61,341 nt of DNA. It comes from Flexilinea sp. (lineage in GTDB: Bacteria; Chloroflexota; Anaerolineae; Anaerolineales; Anaerolineaceae). The notes below the pieces were generated by a model that was not told the DNA's origin, did no database searches, and saw only the letters and a program-made list of their open reading frames with translations. A program made the translations under genes and the position numbers. The stretch's first letter is position 1, and each line of letters starts with the position of its first letter. Location: the NCBI GenBank assembly GCA_963643375.1, contig CAVIKW010000001.1:1-61341 (forward strand), read 5' to 3'. Below are positions 59,594-61,341 of the stretch, one piece after another.

Positions 59594-60643
59594 TTATTCC
59601 GCTTCCCGAGCCGGCGCCTGTTCGGCGGGAGCTTCATTCACCTCGGCACGCTGTTCCGAACGCGGCTCGCGGGGCTTACGGTCACGGCGGTCGCGGCGTT
59701 CACGCGGCTCACGCTGTTCCTTCCGTCCTTCGGCATCGCTGCCTTCGCCCTTCGCGGGACGTTCACGGCGGGGCCGTTCGGAACCGGCGGCGTCCTTCTT
59801 CGGCTTGACTTCGGGGACGTAATCCACGATCTCAACCTGGTCGCCGGGGAACTCGTGCCGGCCGTTATCCGGAATGTCCACGAGAACCGACTCACGCAGC
59901 GGGAAGACTTCGATGACTTTGCCTTCGCCCTGCGGGGTCATGACGTGCTTATTCTTCTTCGGGAGCTTCTTGCGGCACTCGACGTAGTATTCATTTTCAT
60001 ACACCAGGCAGCAGCGCAGACGGCCGCACATACCGGTGATTTCAGCCGGGGTCAGGGACACGCCCTGTTCCTTGGCCATCTTGATGGAGATGCTGGAGAA
60101 CTCGGTCAGGTAGCGGGAGCAGCAGCGGCAGGCGAGGCCGCAGGCACCCATGCCGGCGATGTTCTTCGCTACGTCGCGCGGACCAAGCTGACGCAGGTCC
60201 ACGGCGCTGATGCCGGAATAATTGCGCAGCAGGTCGAATTTCAGCGCCTTCAGGTCAACCTTCTCGTCGTTCTCACTGGAGTAAGTGATCTGCAGACGCG
60301 AGCCGTCAAAGCTGAATTCCGCCTCGAGGATCTTCACGCCCTTGATGTTCAGTTCCTTGACACGCTTGCGGGCGTATTCCAGGGCTTCGCCTTTTTTCTG
60401 ATTGAAGATCTCGCGGGAGACAAGATCCTTGGCCGCGGCCATGCGGACGACCGTCTTCAGCGGCTCTCCCTGATTGACATAATCGTCGACGACCTTGATG
60501 ACCTTGCCGATCTGATTCCCGTGAATCGACTCCACGATCACGTAATCATCCACTTTCGGGTCATAGCCGTTCGCGTCAAAATAATAACCTTTGTTGACAG
60601 GCGCGAAGCGCACGCTGACAACTTTATCGTAAATTTCCGTCAT
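59594..60643 (-). CDS. ricT: PSP1-domain / RicT (YaaT) family Fe-S protein
   Basis: RQLGPRD, G.CG..CRCC, MAKEQG and GMCGRLRCCL.YE motifs, plus a charged C-terminal tail. Confidence 0.85.
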   Translation of the reverse strand: MTEIYDKVVSVRFAPVNKGYYFDANGYDPKVDDYVIVESIHGNQIGKVIKVVDDYVNQGEPLKTVVRMAAAKDLVSREIFNQKKGEALEYARKRVKELNIKGVKILEAEFSFDGSRLQITYSSENDEKVDLKALKFDLLRNYSGISAVDLRQLGPRDVAKNIAGMGACGLACRCCSRYLTEFSSISIKMAKEQGVSLTPAEITGMCGRLRCCLVYENEYYVECRKKLPKKNKHVMTPQGEGKVIEVFPLRESVLVDIPDNGRHEFPGDQVEIVDYVPEVKPKKDAAGSERPRRERPAKGEGSDAEGRKEQREPRERRDRRDRKPREPRSEQRAEVNEAPAEQAPAREAE

Positions 60644-60656
60644 TAAAATCCTTCTT

Positions 60657-61271
60657 TTACCGCCGCTGCGATAAGGTGAACAAACCGATCAAAATTCCGA
60701 GAATCAGGCAGATCAAAATCACCATCCCCATCGGGACGCCGCCGCTGACGTTCACACCCGTGACCGTGGTAAAGGTCGGGATGGAAAGCGGAGCGGGTTC
60801 CGTGAAGGTAGGCAGACGCGTCGGCTCTACCGTGATGATGAACTGCGCCGCCAGCGTCGGGTCGATGGTGTTGGTGACACGCGGGGTCGGGGTGTTCGGG
60901 ACAACCACAATCGGGAGGTCGCCTGTGTAATCCACATAGGAGCTGTACACCCACGCCTGATTGTTCGGGCCGCCCTGATAATTGATGAGCAGCCAGCTGC
61001 CGCCTTCCGTTCGGCCGATGCCGTACACGACTTCGTTCGCGAGCAGGGTGCCGACTTTGTCGTACTCGGTGCCCGGACCGGAGCGGACGTTGATCTGCGG
61101 GTTGGATTCGTCATCCTTGACCGTGATCTTCACACCCGCGCTCGTCCCGGTGACAGTCGGGATATCCACTGTCGGGATCTGGTAGAAGCCGGTTCCAATC
61201 AGAACCATCATCAGCGTGCAGATTAGAATCGGAAGTGTGAGCAGTACCCGGGGTTTGTTTTGGTTTCGCAT
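60657..61271 (-). CDS. Membrane-anchored SH3-domain protein
   Basis: N-terminal signal/TM segment, NVRSGPGT.Y...W...AWV SH3b signature, PT linker and C-terminal TM. Confidence 0.8.
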   Translation of the reverse strand: MRNQNKPRVLLTLPILICTLMMVLIGTGFYQIPTVDIPTVTGTSAGVKITVKDDESNPQINVRSGPGTEYDKVGTLLANEVVYGIGRTEGGSWLLINYQGGPNNQAWVYSSYVDYTGDLPIVVVPNTPTPRVTNTIDPTLAAQFIITVEPTRLPTFTEPAPLSIPTFTTVTGVNVSGGVPMGMVILICLILGILIGLFTLSQRR

Positions 61272-61341
61272 GCGTTAAATTTTTCTCCGTTAATTATTTT
61301 ACTCTATTCTGCAAGAGATATGGCGAATTCAGGCTTTTTGA

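Overview
A 61 kb, GC-rich bacterial chromosomal segment made up mostly of housekeeping and metabolic genes. The gene content suggests an Anaerolineae (Chloroflexota, Flexilinea-like) anaerobe; this is inferred from the archaeal-type mevalonate genes, the Thr/Pro-linker NBR1-Ig and SH3 surface proteins, and rnc-smc. In order, the window holds two GT-C-like membrane glycosyltransferases; an upper mevalonate operon; an MFS transporter; a prfA-prmC-tsaC operon extended by an NBR1-Ig lipoprotein, a degenerate dihydroorotase and lplA; a secreted M16C peptidase; HAD, MBL, truncated HicB and ABC genes; rnc-smc; wecB; a BMP nucleoside ABC transporter with a long structured leader; PNP converging on ahcY-mtaD-mtnA; leuS; three tRNA-Ala; an M42 peptidase; two divergent SBP-NBR1-Ig fusion paralogs; MATE; a frameshifted FGE-flavodoxin fusion; DUF4405; a ferredoxin missed by the ORF track; rarA; three tandem tRNA-Pro(CGG); yvcK-gap-pgk; a CPA2 antiporter; a PSP1/RicT protein; and an SH3 protein. 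I found no integrase, transposase, phage or cas genes. The most notable signals are two apparent pseudoenzymes (a thiolase lacking its catalytic Cys and His, and a DHOase lacking its metal ligands), the SBP-NBR1-Ig-repeat architecture, a pair of 46-bp palindromic repeats in an AT-rich spacer, a likely deaminase-first SAH/MTA salvage route, recurrent leaderless promoters, and several small tandem duplications. All family assignments come from reading motifs, not from database searches.
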